The notes beneath the pieces were generated by a model that saw only the letters and a program-made list of their open reading frames with translations, did no database searches and was not told where the DNA came from. The position numbers and the translations under genes were made by a program. Shown here in pieces: positions 51,201 through 59,990 of a stretch of DNA of 64,000 nucleotides (the first letter of the stretch is position 1; each line of letters starts with the position of its first letter). The stretch spans positions 1,180 through 65,179 of the forward strand of contig CAZKVK010000001.1 in the NCBI GenBank assembly GCA_964556195.1. Direction: 5' to 3'. The DNA comes from an uncultured Candidatus Poseidoniales archaeon (GTDB taxonomy: Archaea > Thermoplasmatota > Poseidoniia > Poseidoniales > Thalassarchaeaceae).

Positions 51201-54200
51201 CCTCATAAACAATCAGTGTAGAGATATCATGGTACAGTTCCACCAGTTCATCAAGAGTGAGTGCTGTAGTTAGGAAAGCACGGGCTAGACCCAACTTAGC
51301 GTTTGCTCGATGTAGGTTTGTAGAAACGTCATCATAACTTTCGATTAAGTCGGCAGTGTACCTATAACCGCCAATCTCGTAGTGGGTTGTAACCTCCTCA
51401 TAGGGTTGGCTAGAACCGCGGGCTTGGTTGAACATGGTCTTGGCCTCAGTCTCGTTAGTTGTTGCATTACCAACCTGCTTACCGTCTTTGAACACAAACC
51501 ACATTGGTTCTGTAGGAAGTCCATTTTCATCAAGGACAGTACCATGCATCAAATCTGTAGTAATTTTGAGGTTTCCACTAGTAAAGGAGGAATCTTGTGT
51601 CTCCTGTACATTTTGATAGATTAGAACCAAAGAACGATCGATTACGAATTGCTTTTGGCCAGGACCGAGTGATAGAATATCGTGGAATTCTTCAACTTGT
51701 TCAGGTGACAGGTGGGGTTCGATAACTTGAGAGAATTCGCTGCCAAATTCCCCATTTCCTGAGTACTGTCTGTCTCCCTGCGCTAGAGTAGCGATAAACA
51801 TCGCAAGTGTGTCTTCTTGGCCAGAAGAGAGTAACATAGCACCACTATGTGGAATTCCAGACTGGAAGTTATCAGCAACAGTGGGATGTTCTCCGGAATC
51901 CAATGCCTGGAAACCATAATCCCACCAAGATACGAATGCAGGTCTTTCACCAAATTTCTCGTCAGAATCTTGTTCTGAGAGCCATTCGTAGGCCATATTC
52001 CAACCTCCTCCATTAAATCCAGGACCGAAGGTTCCCATGTACCAGCAACCATTTCCACAGTTCGCGGTTGGGTTGTAGGAACTGCTATCCAGTAGCGATA
52101 GCCCTCCTACATCGTACCTCATTACATCTGGGGTAATATCGTAGATTACCTGATCAACATCTCCGGAGGCTGTTTCTCCCCTAGGGATACCTGAGTCGAC
52201 ACCATAGGTTGCGTGTTGAGTTGCTACGAGCATGAAAACTAACACTAGGGCTGGAATCATCGGTTTCTTTACACTAGCAGTTCTGACTGAGCGGAAGCGA
52301 GCACGTGGAGTACCAATTCCTGCACGACGCCATTCTTTGATGAACCCTGAGAAATCAGCCATCTTCCAAAGTGCGGCAATACCTATTGCACCAACAACAG
52401 CCATTGCTGGAGTTGCGTTGAAAATGAATCTTCCAGCGGTCCAAGCCATGTATGCGGCAATGAGAACCCATAGTCCAACTAATGACTGGCCTTGCTTTTC
52501 TTCTCGAGCACCTCGCCATAGAAGAATGAATGCATAACCTAGGGCAATCAAAGTAACAATCGGACCATAGGAAGCGAATAGAACACCTCTACTTGGTGCC
52601 TGGGCTTCTCCGATAGTTCCGAAAATCTTGTTCTTTGAGAAGTAAAAACCGCCAGTGAATAGGATATCCCAACCATCGTAATATTCAGCTGTTTGTAGAA
52701 TCCATAATGCCGATAGAATGCCGCCAAATAGTACGACACCGCTGCCCAATACCAAGAGCCAAGGTTTGTCTCGGAAGCTGGATGCTACCCAACCTAAGGC
52801 GATTGTGAATCCAACGATATAGAACATAGGCTGGAATCCACTTGGGGCCCACAATAGGTTGAGGCCTGGCCAAATGTAGAATGGTAATGGAATTAGGAAA
52901 GTTGTGAACATCATCTGTAAAGCCGCCGATGTCAGTGGAAGACTGTCACGTCGACGGAACATGTTGAGGACAATTTGGAAAGCAAATGCAAGGAATAGAA
53001 TTCCTGGTCCGTATACGAATCCCTTCCAACCTAGCGCCACTGTTGAGAAACTAATTCCAGCTAGTGTTGCGTAGGACATCATTATTGGATTACGATTCCA
53101 CATCTCTCGAATTCCGGCAATCAAATACAATGGATTCGCACTTGGATTGCGGAATACGCGTTCACTACTAATCTCGCCTAGTGCTCTAACCCAGAAGTAG
53201 AACGCTAGAGTTAGGAAAAGTAGGGCGAAAGAGTCGTGGTCGGCTAGACCAAATGTTGAGTGGCTAATGTGGCCAGGCATTAGTGCCATCAACCAAGCAG
53301 CGAAAATACCTGCCTGAGCGCTGTGAAGTCGATTTGCAATTCCTGCAACTGGTAGAACAATCAAAGCTCCAAAGACTGCAGGCAAACCTGCAACCGACCA
53401 CCAAACGACTTCTTCGGCCGGAATACCAGTTAGCCACTCAAGTGCAAGGCCCCCAAGGGCTAAACACCACGAGAACAGTGGGGGTCGAGGATTGATTCCA
53501 CCACTAGGGTACGAACGGTCAGCATCGAAAATGAAGTGCGCGTGCTCTGCTACGATGTAGTCTACAACCCTCTTCATGTACCAAGGGTCAGAACCTCCAG
53601 TCATATCCCAAAGTCCGGTTATATTCGCATTCATTGCTGGAAGTACATTCCAACCGGTCCTGATTAACAGACCAACAATAACTGCGGAGCCGACTAGGAT
53701 GGAATAGGAATTGTCCCTCCACCACAAGCGGAACTCACTTGGTTCACGGCGTGGAGCAATATCTCCGAACCTTCCACTAGATGCAAACATAATCGCTAGT
53801 ACATTCAACCAGAATGTGATGAAGAACCATGAGAATGCACCACCGAAATCATTGCCGGCAAGGAATTCTAATTGTTCTGGGAGATTGACTCCAATCTCAA
53901 CCAAGTGAGAAAGTGTGTAGATTAACCAATTTACTGCGACTACTGATCCAAGAACATGCCATCTTTCTGCACGACAGAAGGCTACAAACATCACTACCAT
54001 CGAGGTTACCAGAGCCCAAACTCCACCAAGGTAATGATGCTCCTCAAAAGTGGCGGCATCAGAAATACTTGCTAAGGAGTAGAGTGGAATCAAGTTCACA
54101 ATCAATAAGAATGATCCCGTGATGAGCAAATCGCGATGTTGTGAGAAATCAATCTTTGTTGGTAGCCTTTCAAACAGAGGCCCATTACCGCCATCGTAGA

Positions 54201-54780
54201 GAATTCCTCTGAACGCAATGGCGAGCAGAGTTCCTAGCATCATCGATGCAGTGTAGAAGGAAAAGAAATTAGCAGCTATACCAGCTCTTTGGACATCAAT
54301 GAGTAGATTCTGTAAGCTATCTCCCTCTGAGAGAGTCAATTCAGGCATTGAGGCCGCATAGGCTACAGAAACATGGAATCCTGCAACCATAGTGAATAGA
54401 ATCGTAGCTTCCTCGTTTCTATTGGATTTTACAAGAATTAATGTAGAAATCGCCATGAACGCAAAAGTTGTTGCAAGTATGGCGTCAATAAATCCAAGGA
54501 ATTCAAGAGCTATTGGAACGACTGCGAACAAGAGTGCGAATACCGGAGTTCGCTTTACGGGTGAATCATCAGGAACGGCAGATACCCAAATCCTTCCCAA
54601 AACAGCCGCGAGAGCGGCTGCTACGGGAAGGATAACCAACTTTCCTGTGTCAATCATCGCATCATCAGCGAGGGATGTAGCGGCGAAAAGTAACAGGATT
54701 AATCCTGCTAGTACCGCTGGTGCCGAAACCAGTCCATTGTACTGGCCGACGCCCCTCGTATTCCCGTTTTCGTAAGACAT
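45247..54780 (-). CDS. aglB: Giant oligosaccharyltransferase AglB/STT3 fusion (3177 aa)
   Basis: GGSDPWY, ADHD, TIGEAQ, SWWDYG (WWDYG at 51913-51927), TVADNFQ; extra N-terminal TM bundle; long beta-sandwich repeat stalk; C-terminal TM helix. Confidence 0.9.
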   Translation of the reverse strand: MSYENGNTRGVGQYNGLVSAPAVLAGLILLLFAATSLADDAMIDTGKLVILPVAAALAAVLGRIWVSAVPDDSPVKRTPVFALLFAVVPIALEFLGFIDAILATTFAFMAISTLILVKSNRNEEATILFTMVAGFHVSVAYAASMPELTLSEGDSLQNLLIDVQRAGIAANFFSFYTASMMLGTLLAIAFRGILYDGGNGPLFERLPTKIDFSQHRDLLITGSFLLIVNLIPLYSLASISDAATFEEHHYLGGVWALVTSMVVMFVAFCRAERWHVLGSVVAVNWLIYTLSHLVEIGVNLPEQLEFLAGNDFGGAFSWFFITFWLNVLAIMFASSGRFGDIAPRREPSEFRLWWRDNSYSILVGSAVIVGLLIRTGWNVLPAMNANITGLWDMTGGSDPWYMKRVVDYIVAEHAHFIFDADRSYPSGGINPRPPLFSWCLALGGLALEWLTGIPAEEVVWWSVAGLPAVFGALIVLPVAGIANRLHSAQAGIFAAWLMALMPGHISHSTFGLADHDSFALLFLTLAFYFWVRALGEISSERVFRNPSANPLYLIAGIREMWNRNPIMMSYATLAGISFSTVALGWKGFVYGPGILFLAFAFQIVLNMFRRRDSLPLTSAALQMMFTTFLIPLPFYIWPGLNLLWAPSGFQPMFYIVGFTIALGWVASSFRDKPWLLVLGSGVVLFGGILSALWILQTAEYYDGWDILFTGGFYFSKNKIFGTIGEAQAPSRGVLFASYGPIVTLIALGYAFILLWRGAREEKQGQSLVGLWVLIAAYMAWTAGRFIFNATPAMAVVGAIGIAALWKMADFSGFIKEWRRAGIGTPRARFRSVRTASVKKPMIPALVLVFMLVATQHATYGVDSGIPRGETASGDVDQVIYDITPDVMRYDVGGLSLLDSSSYNPTANCGNGCWYMGTFGPGFNGGGWNMAYEWLSEQDSDEKFGERPAFVSWWDYGFQALDSGEHPTVADNFQSGIPHSGAMLLSSGQEDTLAMFIATLAQGDRQYSGNGEFGSEFSQVIEPHLSPEQVEEFHDILSLGPGQKQFVIDRSLVLIYQNVQETQDSSFTSGNLKITTDLMHGTVLDENGLPTEPMWFVFKDGKQVGNATTNETEAKTMFNQARGSSQPYEEVTTHYEIGGYRYTADLIESYDDVSTNLHRANAKLGLARAFLTTALTLDELVELYHDISTLIVYEVQDYGGSLGETIERNNEIRYFAIDDRLYPLGGAYYADQSYHRGQTTGIFYAPTTLSGLDPNHYIESVYETQRGDRPTVFMSAERYEQEYMSDVVKQQSGAMEDSSDMIQLVDIQYQQTESFFETMVARIYVGYGTSSLGLMVNPSQPGPTWAISGTPGSPLENAFPLPGAMMNHFVIANWYNDGSDSPDEDNNSVPDIFDGGYAAIGRANSNVKVVKYYSGATLEGTVELDGIGPVPNARILIERDAFSGEEVADENGTVTDQDPRTYWVPIGTVDADENGDYSFTVPAGKIRVSAFFGEPDIRAARDELASGSGGMLQDVATESTTGVRNVNLITGILGNVSGSQWLSETIVNVSGEAGHSNGQIEINADIIVEPSFSTGRLIWNGADSFDGQAITDAVVELTPVWDEIQMQPIMLETSTGSVNGPDLSFQGIGQVTFTGEGEVISNGLMIVTDFVGTHTQMILNGHSLAGSGEFSGRGTLSGVIDGDDTVDGDCNENGTMPENFSVCFLANGDFLIEGAINATGRFTSNGTSSFSQEHNGSSLTGAGVFTVDASNENLDSYGTLNGTGTFTGEGEFSGPMVQAGTFHLVDAIPGNYNVAVIFNDGTRIAISDGFNVPFQGVPSLHPIDVAGGLISGTLSDVDGNPLSGSVTMIQVDSENDTILGECSEVMYAPCQLTADENGSFTFGPIVPGEYIFELDMDEDGFNEVELTHEFEADMDSEVDFPNPIPTVYDLRFSLTQIANGTQTPVENLNLTLVRADNSAAPALAVFDNDTGEYLVELSQGEWILSHTLSDSEQLWEQIDVQSDISTSFIFRESMNVVGTVFYETNSEVSDSTIQAEVVDFTQVIFHWENFTTTETTDANGVFNVVLPIGSVVDAAVFGNVLNVVNGTRFTVEEGMDNVTMIARPGHDVNGNLNLNRLGNYYTSNLKGWEPVTVFAMNEDMDAVWHIEATQIGSFNTILPHGNWTFTTDLDWLNASEATLLVDGENDTVEVYLYPDPSFVEIDFFLDNNGNNDVTNGTSVEYRFSIVPLENTAGLTTDVQADADEWISDGFARVPVEAGSYRIDVEISDARAGDLFGTRIMTGDSYFEVGFGGEVVSRSIGFDPEWKVDLTFTNESGGPLVDQLIRFIDTENSGEIITRKTDMNGTLIDHLPDGEWIVVIDSVQTDTGVFEGVRTTISVSEQNANDAHTISTSELASFSVRISDEDGVYLQDMELILTSNDGLGMVYLDMTDGSGQTSGTITSGSWNVELNQTDDRTRYIIESVELVDGGLVAGENELIDIISSTHYELSGTIFWDQDDDDDADVGEGVPDVEIFLTSEGQDNITQVTNSVGDWSVFVPSDTTWQVSTFREGFEQEDENIAMYNPNSVEIELTAGYVNIFGNVSYSDLASIGEEVDLILIPTHGMVREHVVPDKVYEDGVWNGQWNASVEPGRWIIRATLEESNLVGMASIEADISDGGNVDINLVYGGWLHLSTQWLDFNGTQHHASEIDLEGSEIIDEVEFTLSSGAGVRWDAILTQDGDISILMPSGMIEVEAGFSVDQMGRVMEYTATKSISVPGSGTDLTASVTQDLLFDRTSNHTINATIVGVTGGVLIEEGEYFDVQTTLGDEGEYESIEFTMSLDYLGHETVSSYTVSGNVAGTDGQYWMVEAWDPSIENWTNPFTFEFGLDSNNSTTYDNLLLRVTPANQSISQSLTNGHTVDIRFTSADGYQFEQEVIVRIPQFHNFELREPLLDVYGVRPGEELPIQLLFSNSGNGDERFEFEFDDTQLPPDWERTGATSHTLGAFVDTTHTIKVIAPENATGNEDFTITISVTDKNNGTYPPIAIRVKTSLPIIEITNVYSNGDPLFGTIHTFTVVVENTGLVDAEKVKLVGTVRGTDVNSSVTQDVLSGDSVTYLLDIDLTDFESSSQKWFDFEIASEDQEFGEEPETLSKRYTLKSPAVDDSTPTTVIGIILAIILVFVLWYFTRSGSRRPGAPF

Positions 54781-54862
54781 TATTTCATCACCGTCTATTT
54801 GCAGCCTGAAGGCTCAGCGTCGCGGCGACCTAAACTTCTGTTATAACCATTCTCGGCATTTC

Positions 54863-54877
54863 CGCTACGTAGTAGCG
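54863..54877. repeat. Inverted repeat CGCTAC-GTA-GTAGCG
   Basis: 6-bp stem, GTA loop, between the purD stop and the aglB promoter region. Confidence 0.8.
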
Positions 54878-54901
54878 AGCCAATCTTTCAACAAAACCCG
54901 C

Positions 54902-56170
54902 TCAAAGTGCCCGATATGCGATGTCTCTTCGATAATGTGAACCTTCTAGAGAGATTTCGTCAATAATGGCGTAAGCAGCGTCGACGGCGTTCGGAAGATC
55001 GGTTGCAACGGCGGTTGCAGATAGGACCCTCCCCCCACTTGAGAGAAGTTTTCCACCCTCATCACGAACCGTACCTGCTTGATGAACAAATGCGGTGATT
55101 TCTCCTTCTTCGATTCTAGAATCTTCGCCATTAATTTCCCTACCTGTTTTTGAGGAGCCAGGGTAACCTTCCGAAGCCAAAACCACAGTGACTGCGGACT
55201 TTCTTGAGAATATTGGCTCAAAACCGTCAATCCTGCCCTTGGCGGCTGCGAGAAGCATTTCTCCGAGGTCACTTTCTATCAACGGAATTGTGACTTGAGT
55301 TTCCGGATCGCCAAATCTAACATTATACTCAACAACGCTGGGAGCGCCTTCATCATCAATCATCAGCCCGACATATAGGACTCCACGATATGGAATTGGT
55401 TGATTCCGCAGATAGTGATGCATTGGACTGACAATTTCCTCAATTGCCCTTTGCCTTACTGATTCAGTGACTACAGGAGCAGGAGCATATGCACCCATAC
55501 CGCCAGTATTTGGTCCTGTATCGCCTTCTCCGACCCTTTTGTGATCTTGACTTGCTGGCAAGCAAATAAATCCCGATTCGTCCATAATCACCAGCATGGA
55601 AGCTTCCTCACCAGAGAGGAATTCTTCCAACAGAACAAAGCCATCTGTGAAAATAGAGTCTCTGATGAACCTGCTCGCCTCATCTACATCCTCAGTCACC
55701 ACTACACCCTTACCGGCGGCAAGAACATCTCGCTTGATTACCCACGGAGGGGAATAGCGAGAAAGAGCTGCGTCGATATCAGAATCTGACTTCAAAATCT
55801 GCACCCCGCCTGTTGGTATTCCTAATTCTGCCATTACTTGCTTTGCATGTAGTTTCGAACCTTCTAACTCAGCACCTTCTGAATGAGGTCCGAAACTAGG
55901 TATGCCCTTAGCCCTCAAGGAATCTGAAAGACCCGCCACCAAGGGGGCTTCTGGACCTACTACGACTAGGTCTGCAGATAACTCACTTGCAAGTTCAACA
56001 ACCGCATCAACATCGGTGGCTGAAATGTTGTGATTGGTTCCTAGCATTGAGGTTCCTGCATTACCAGGGCATGTGTGAATTGAATCAACGGAGGCGCTTT
56101 CCGATAGACCAATTGCAAGAGCGTGCTCCCTACCACCCCCTCCGACGATGAGCACCTTCATTCCGGCCAT
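54902..56170 (-). CDS. purD: Phosphoribosylamine--glycine ligase
   Basis: VLIVGGGGREHAL, VGPEAPLV, LEGSK, QDHKR, GPNTGGMGAY, EYNVRFGDPETQ. Confidence 0.97.
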   Translation of the reverse strand: MAGMKVLIVGGGGREHALAIGLSESASVDSIHTCPGNAGTSMLGTNHNISATDVDAVVELASELSADLVVVGPEAPLVAGLSDSLRAKGIPSFGPHSEGAELEGSKLHAKQVMAELGIPTGGVQILKSDSDIDAALSRYSPPWVIKRDVLAAGKGVVVTEDVDEASRFIRDSIFTDGFVLLEEFLSGEEASMLVIMDESGFICLPASQDHKRVGEGDTGPNTGGMGAYAPAPVVTESVRQRAIEEIVSPMHHYLRNQPIPYRGVLYVGLMIDDEGAPSVVEYNVRFGDPETQVTIPLIESDLGEMLLAAAKGRIDGFEPIFSRKSAVTVVLASEGYPGSSKTGREINGEDSRIEEGEITAFVHQAGTVRDEGGKLLSSGGRVLSATAVATDLPNAVDAAYAIIDEISLEGSHYRRDIAYRAL

Positions 56171-56248
56171 GTTGCATACGAATCGGTTAGGAAAATAATG
56201 CATTCCTATGGTCAATCTCTTGTACGAAAGAGAAAAACTACTCTTTCA

Positions 56249-56947
56249 TCAATATGGTACAGACTTCAATCCAAGTCGATAGCCTAGGATATTGAATGAG
56301 CGATGGATTATTGGAGTCAAAATAATTATTGCAATTATCGACGTTGCTAGATTCGAATGCATCATTACTTGGTCTCTGAAAAATATAGCCGCAGAGAGGA
56401 AGATGAAAATAGCAAATGGAAGGGTGTCTAGCAAAGGCGCCTTCGAACTAACTTCACCTTCCCTTTTCAGTCCTTGTCGGCGTTTTACAAATGAACCCGC
56501 CATATCGCCCAACATACAGGCGAATCCTAAGGTGAATCCTAGAACGAATGCAGCACCCCATTCGTTACCAATCCAAAACCAATCAGTTGAATCAGTAATC
56601 AATAATGGGTCGATGAATGGGAGGTCTTCTGGAGCGGTATTTCCTTCCCAAATGTAGTGTGAAATAATAACCAATATTCCAGAAAATATCCCTCCTCCAA
56701 AGAGACCCTCCCAAGACTTCCCGTCACCTAGAATCCTATTACCATCAGAATGTACCTTGCCGCCATCAATCTTGTGATTTTCATAGCCGAATTTATCAGG
56801 CATCCACTTCCCAAAAAGCATTGCTCCAGTATTGGCAAGATACGCAGGACCATAGAGAATTAGGACCGTTATGACATTCAATGCAAAATCACCTATGGTA
56901 GCATCAGGGAATGCAAGCGCCGCCACACTGGACATTGGTTCGGCCAT
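56249..56947 (-). CDS. carS: CDP-archaeol synthase
   Basis: PAYLAN, ILGDGKSWEG, GDMAGSFVKRR, APLLDTLPF, N...Y.LGLKSVPY. Confidence 0.9.
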   Translation of the reverse strand: MAEPMSSVAALAFPDATIGDFALNVITVLILYGPAYLANTGAMLFGKWMPDKFGYENHKIDGGKVHSDGNRILGDGKSWEGLFGGGIFSGILVIISHYIWEGNTAPEDLPFIDPLLITDSTDWFWIGNEWGAAFVLGFTLGFACMLGDMAGSFVKRRQGLKREGEVSSKAPLLDTLPFAIFIFLSAAIFFRDQVMMHSNLATSIIAIIILTPIIHRSFNILGYRLGLKSVPY

Positions 56948-57020
56948 GCGCTCATGCGAGAAGAACTCTCGGTTTCTTACTCATGCCGCCGATTCCTTCA
57001 TTGAGGTCCTGTTGTTCGGA

Positions 57021-58721
57021 ATGATAATGAGAGAAATAAAGACTGTTCTGTTGGGTATTTTATTGCTAACTTCTCTAGTATCTGCGGCTTCTCTGACTGC
57101 CAATGCACAGTCATCAGAAATTGTGATTGATTCGGCTGTTGAATGGGTAGAAGATCGTTCATTAGATGGTGATCTGAGAATTGTTCCAGGAGGTTATTTG
57201 ATTATTGATGGAATAACTCTAGACATTGCAGATGATGTAACAATTATGGTAGAGGACGGTGGTACTCTGGATGTTACTGGAAATAGTCAAATGATTGCAG
57301 ATAACCCCCCAACCGGATTAGCGGGATACGGATATTGGGATGAAGAAAATCGCTCTGCTGTTTTGATTCCGGGTTCAGACTATGATGGACCATTTGAGGC
57401 GACATTTTACTCAGGTGAGATGTCTTCATTTTATGGTGGGCAAGCGATGATTGAAGGACAAGAACCAATCGACCTAAACGGTAGTGAATTTACTCTTTCT
57501 TTTGATGAAGATACCGATGATGTGTGGGTTGGATTAATTGGCTATGGCCACCAATCAGTCCACTTAGCAACAGTTACTATGACTCCCGATCTTGGATCTT
57601 CGATAACCTATGATGCTATTGATTTACAACACAGAAATATGATGGCTCTAAATACAGATCAGAGTACTTGCAATTTTGTTATAGACGGGTATGCTTTGTT
57701 TTACGAATCATCCCTATTAGGGTGTGAAATAATCGTCAACGGAGGGCTGCACATATACTCATCAAATATTGACCGTGTTGGGCCTATCATTTCAAACGAG
57801 AATTCTGAGTTGGTACTGGAAGGGTGGACCACATTTTCGATGAGTAAAGCAGACCACGATGTACGTGCTCATGCTAATACGATTTTAGATTGGGGGCAGT
57901 ATGTGACAGGAAGTGGAGGTCATACTGATCGATGGGAGAGGGTTCTTGACTCTCAAGAAATCCACTTTGATGCAGCAGGGATTTTGTTCAGAATACTCAA
58001 CTTTGGACAATACGAAATTACTTCCTCGACTTACTTCAGTGATGAAAATGGAGTAGGGATGATTGACTCCGGTGATTCTAGAACCGTCGAAATTGGCTGG
58101 GCTGATGGAAGTGTTTGGACTGAATCGGCGAGTATCGAAATCATCGAGTATCGGACTGGATGGAATATGGATGCATCAATGGATGATTACGGCGGTGGGA
58201 TTATTCCCTTGACGTGGGAACAAGTAATCGTTGTAGATGATAATACTCCTTTCATCGAATTTATCTCAGTTGATTTCCAAAATCCAACCGAGAGTGTTTC
58301 TAGGGGAAGTGGAGGCGTTGGTTTATTCGCTACAATTGCCAATCGTGGAACTGCACCGGCCATAGTTTACTTCACCTGTGATGTAACTGAAACTGGAAGC
58401 GCAGCACAGATGACAAGTTACCCTGGTGGATTAATTGAGGCTGGTGAGGAAGTCACTATTCAATTCTCATGGATGAATAGTGAAACTGAGTTGGCAAGCC
58501 TAACCTGTGAGATACTCACACCAACCCAATTGGTGGAGGATGATGCATTTGGTGGAGGTACTGCCACAACTGAACAAATTACATGGATTGACGCAGCAGA
58601 TGATGAAGGAGGTTCAATTCTACCTGTTGTGGTGGCTTTTGTAATCGCAGTTTTAGCTATGGCTGCATTCTTCTTCAAGATGACTAAATCCTCTAAAGAT
58701 GATGAAGAAGAACTGTACTAG
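57021..58721 (+). CDS. Hypothetical surface protein (signal peptide, beta-rich, C-terminal TM)
   Basis: Signal peptide from ATG 57021/57027; acidic beta-rich ectodomain; TM ILPVVVAFVIAVLAMAAFFF. Confidence 0.8.
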   Translation: MIMREIKTVLLGILLLTSLVSAASLTANAQSSEIVIDSAVEWVEDRSLDGDLRIVPGGYLIIDGITLDIADDVTIMVEDGGTLDVTGNSQMIADNPPTGLAGYGYWDEENRSAVLIPGSDYDGPFEATFYSGEMSSFYGGQAMIEGQEPIDLNGSEFTLSFDEDTDDVWVGLIGYGHQSVHLATVTMTPDLGSSITYDAIDLQHRNMMALNTDQSTCNFVIDGYALFYESSLLGCEIIVNGGLHIYSSNIDRVGPIISNENSELVLEGWTTFSMSKADHDVRAHANTILDWGQYVTGSGGHTDRWERVLDSQEIHFDAAGILFRILNFGQYEITSSTYFSDENGVGMIDSGDSRTVEIGWADGSVWTESASIEIIEYRTGWNMDASMDDYGGGIIPLTWEQVIVVDDNTPFIEFISVDFQNPTESVSRGSGGVGLFATIANRGTAPAIVYFTCDVTETGSAAQMTSYPGGLIEAGEEVTIQFSWMNSETELASLTCEILTPTQLVEDDAFGGGTATTEQITWIDAADDEGGSILPVVVAFVIAVLAMAAFFFKMTKSSKDDEEELY

Positions 58722-59902
58722 CAGCTTGTGACCTGAGTCCAAGCCTCATCATCAGCACTTTCCTCACTTAATTCATAGTAGGTCGTCGACACATGCGCTG
58801 TCCTGTCCCCCCAAGGTGGACTTTGAGTCACTGTGACAGTGAACTCGTAGCAACCGTAATCGGATTCCTGCCAATCATCTCTAGGGATGTAATACATATT
58901 GATTGCAATGTCTTCAACTGACCCATCGAGTACCAATTCTGAACCAAAATCACCAACTGTTGAAGATCCAGAACCATATTCACCAGACATGGAGTCCCAT
59001 GTTGCCTCGCCATTAACAACAGATACAGAAGGATAGGAAATAGCAGTAGTGCCGTCTTTGGATAAAACTGCATCTAATTCAAAATCTGCATGAGAAAGAG
59101 GTGCCGGTGGATTTCCAACGGATGTTTCTAGACCAATCCAAGCCTTCAGACCAACTCCGACAACACAGTTGTCGTGGCCACCAGCACAATCATTGCCTTG
59201 CCCCATGGCTGGAATAGCTTGATTTTTTGTTGCTGTTATCGTTCTCTCAAGATGTGCTGAATTCAATATGAAAGAAGACGAAGAGTCTCCTGTGTCTACA
59301 GATACAACGTACCTAGATCCATCTGCTGCGTTGCCGGAATAAAACTCGGAAATTGGAAGAATCAATCTGCCATATTTTCCATTTCCATCGTTGAGATTAA
59401 TCGACAGAGGCATGACTGATTCCCATACTTTCTCGCCGGCATAAGTTATCGAAACATCAGCATCTCCTGAAGACCCTCCAAAGAGCCCTCCTGACTCCCT
59501 AATTGTTAGAGTGATAGATTGCGCATCTGATGATAAATCGCTATCTGTAATTGTAATTGAACTCGAAGACAGACTACTAGAGATGAATGGAGATGCTAGA
59601 AGAAGCAAAAGAGTTACAGAAATCACTTCGGTGTACTTTCTATTCAAACCATCCCACATAAGGAACCAGCCAGTTCCACCTAATAGAATTGGGATAATTA
59701 TTGCAAACGCGAAATCACTCTGTATTGATGGAAGAGAATATACCCACATCGAAATTACAGATACAATTGCAGTTCCGATTCCGATAAAGAGGGAATTAGG
59801 AATTAGACTCTTATTTTCTGATTCGGTGACCGCTACAGCGACTACCTCATCTGCTGGTTGTTGAACGTCTATAGCCTTCTGAAGCAATCCACCATCACTC
59901 AT
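58718..59902 (-). CDS. Hypothetical membrane protein (3 N-terminal TM helices plus acidic ectodomain)
   Basis: Long ORF with hydrophobic helices followed by a Ser/Asp-rich domain containing cysteines. Confidence 0.75.
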   Translation of the reverse strand: MSDGGLLQKAIDVQQPADEVVAVAVTESENKSLIPNSLFIGIGTAIVSVISMWVYSLPSIQSDFAFAIIIPILLGGTGWFLMWDGLNRKYTEVISVTLLLLLASPFISSSLSSSSITITDSDLSSDAQSITLTIRESGGLFGGSSGDADVSITYAGEKVWESVMPLSINLNDGNGKYGRLILPISEFYSGNAADGSRYVVSVDTGDSSSSFILNSAHLERTITATKNQAIPAMGQGNDCAGGHDNCVVGVGLKAWIGLETSVGNPPAPLSHADFELDAVLSKDGTTAISYPSVSVVNGEATWDSMSGEYGSGSSTVGDFGSELVLDGSVEDIAINMYYIPRDDWQESDYGCYEFTVTVTQSPPWGDRTAHVSTTYYELSEESADDEAWTQVTSC

Positions 59903-59955
59903 GCCACTAACCTCTCAGGTCAGCAAGGCGTCACCTGCGTCGGTTATCAACCCAA

Positions 59956-59972
59956 TGCCACCGAAGGTGGCA
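59956..59972. repeat. Inverted repeat TGCCACC-GAA-GGTGGCA
   Basis: 7-bp stem, GAA loop, intergenic. Confidence 0.85.
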
Positions 59973-59990
59973 AAGATATACTATAGAAGA

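Noticed and set aside
59956..59972. Hairpins as RNA C(UUCG)G tetraloops
   Set aside because: CUUCGG is present on one strand, but the tetraloop register breaks the stem; perfect pairing gives a 3-nt loop
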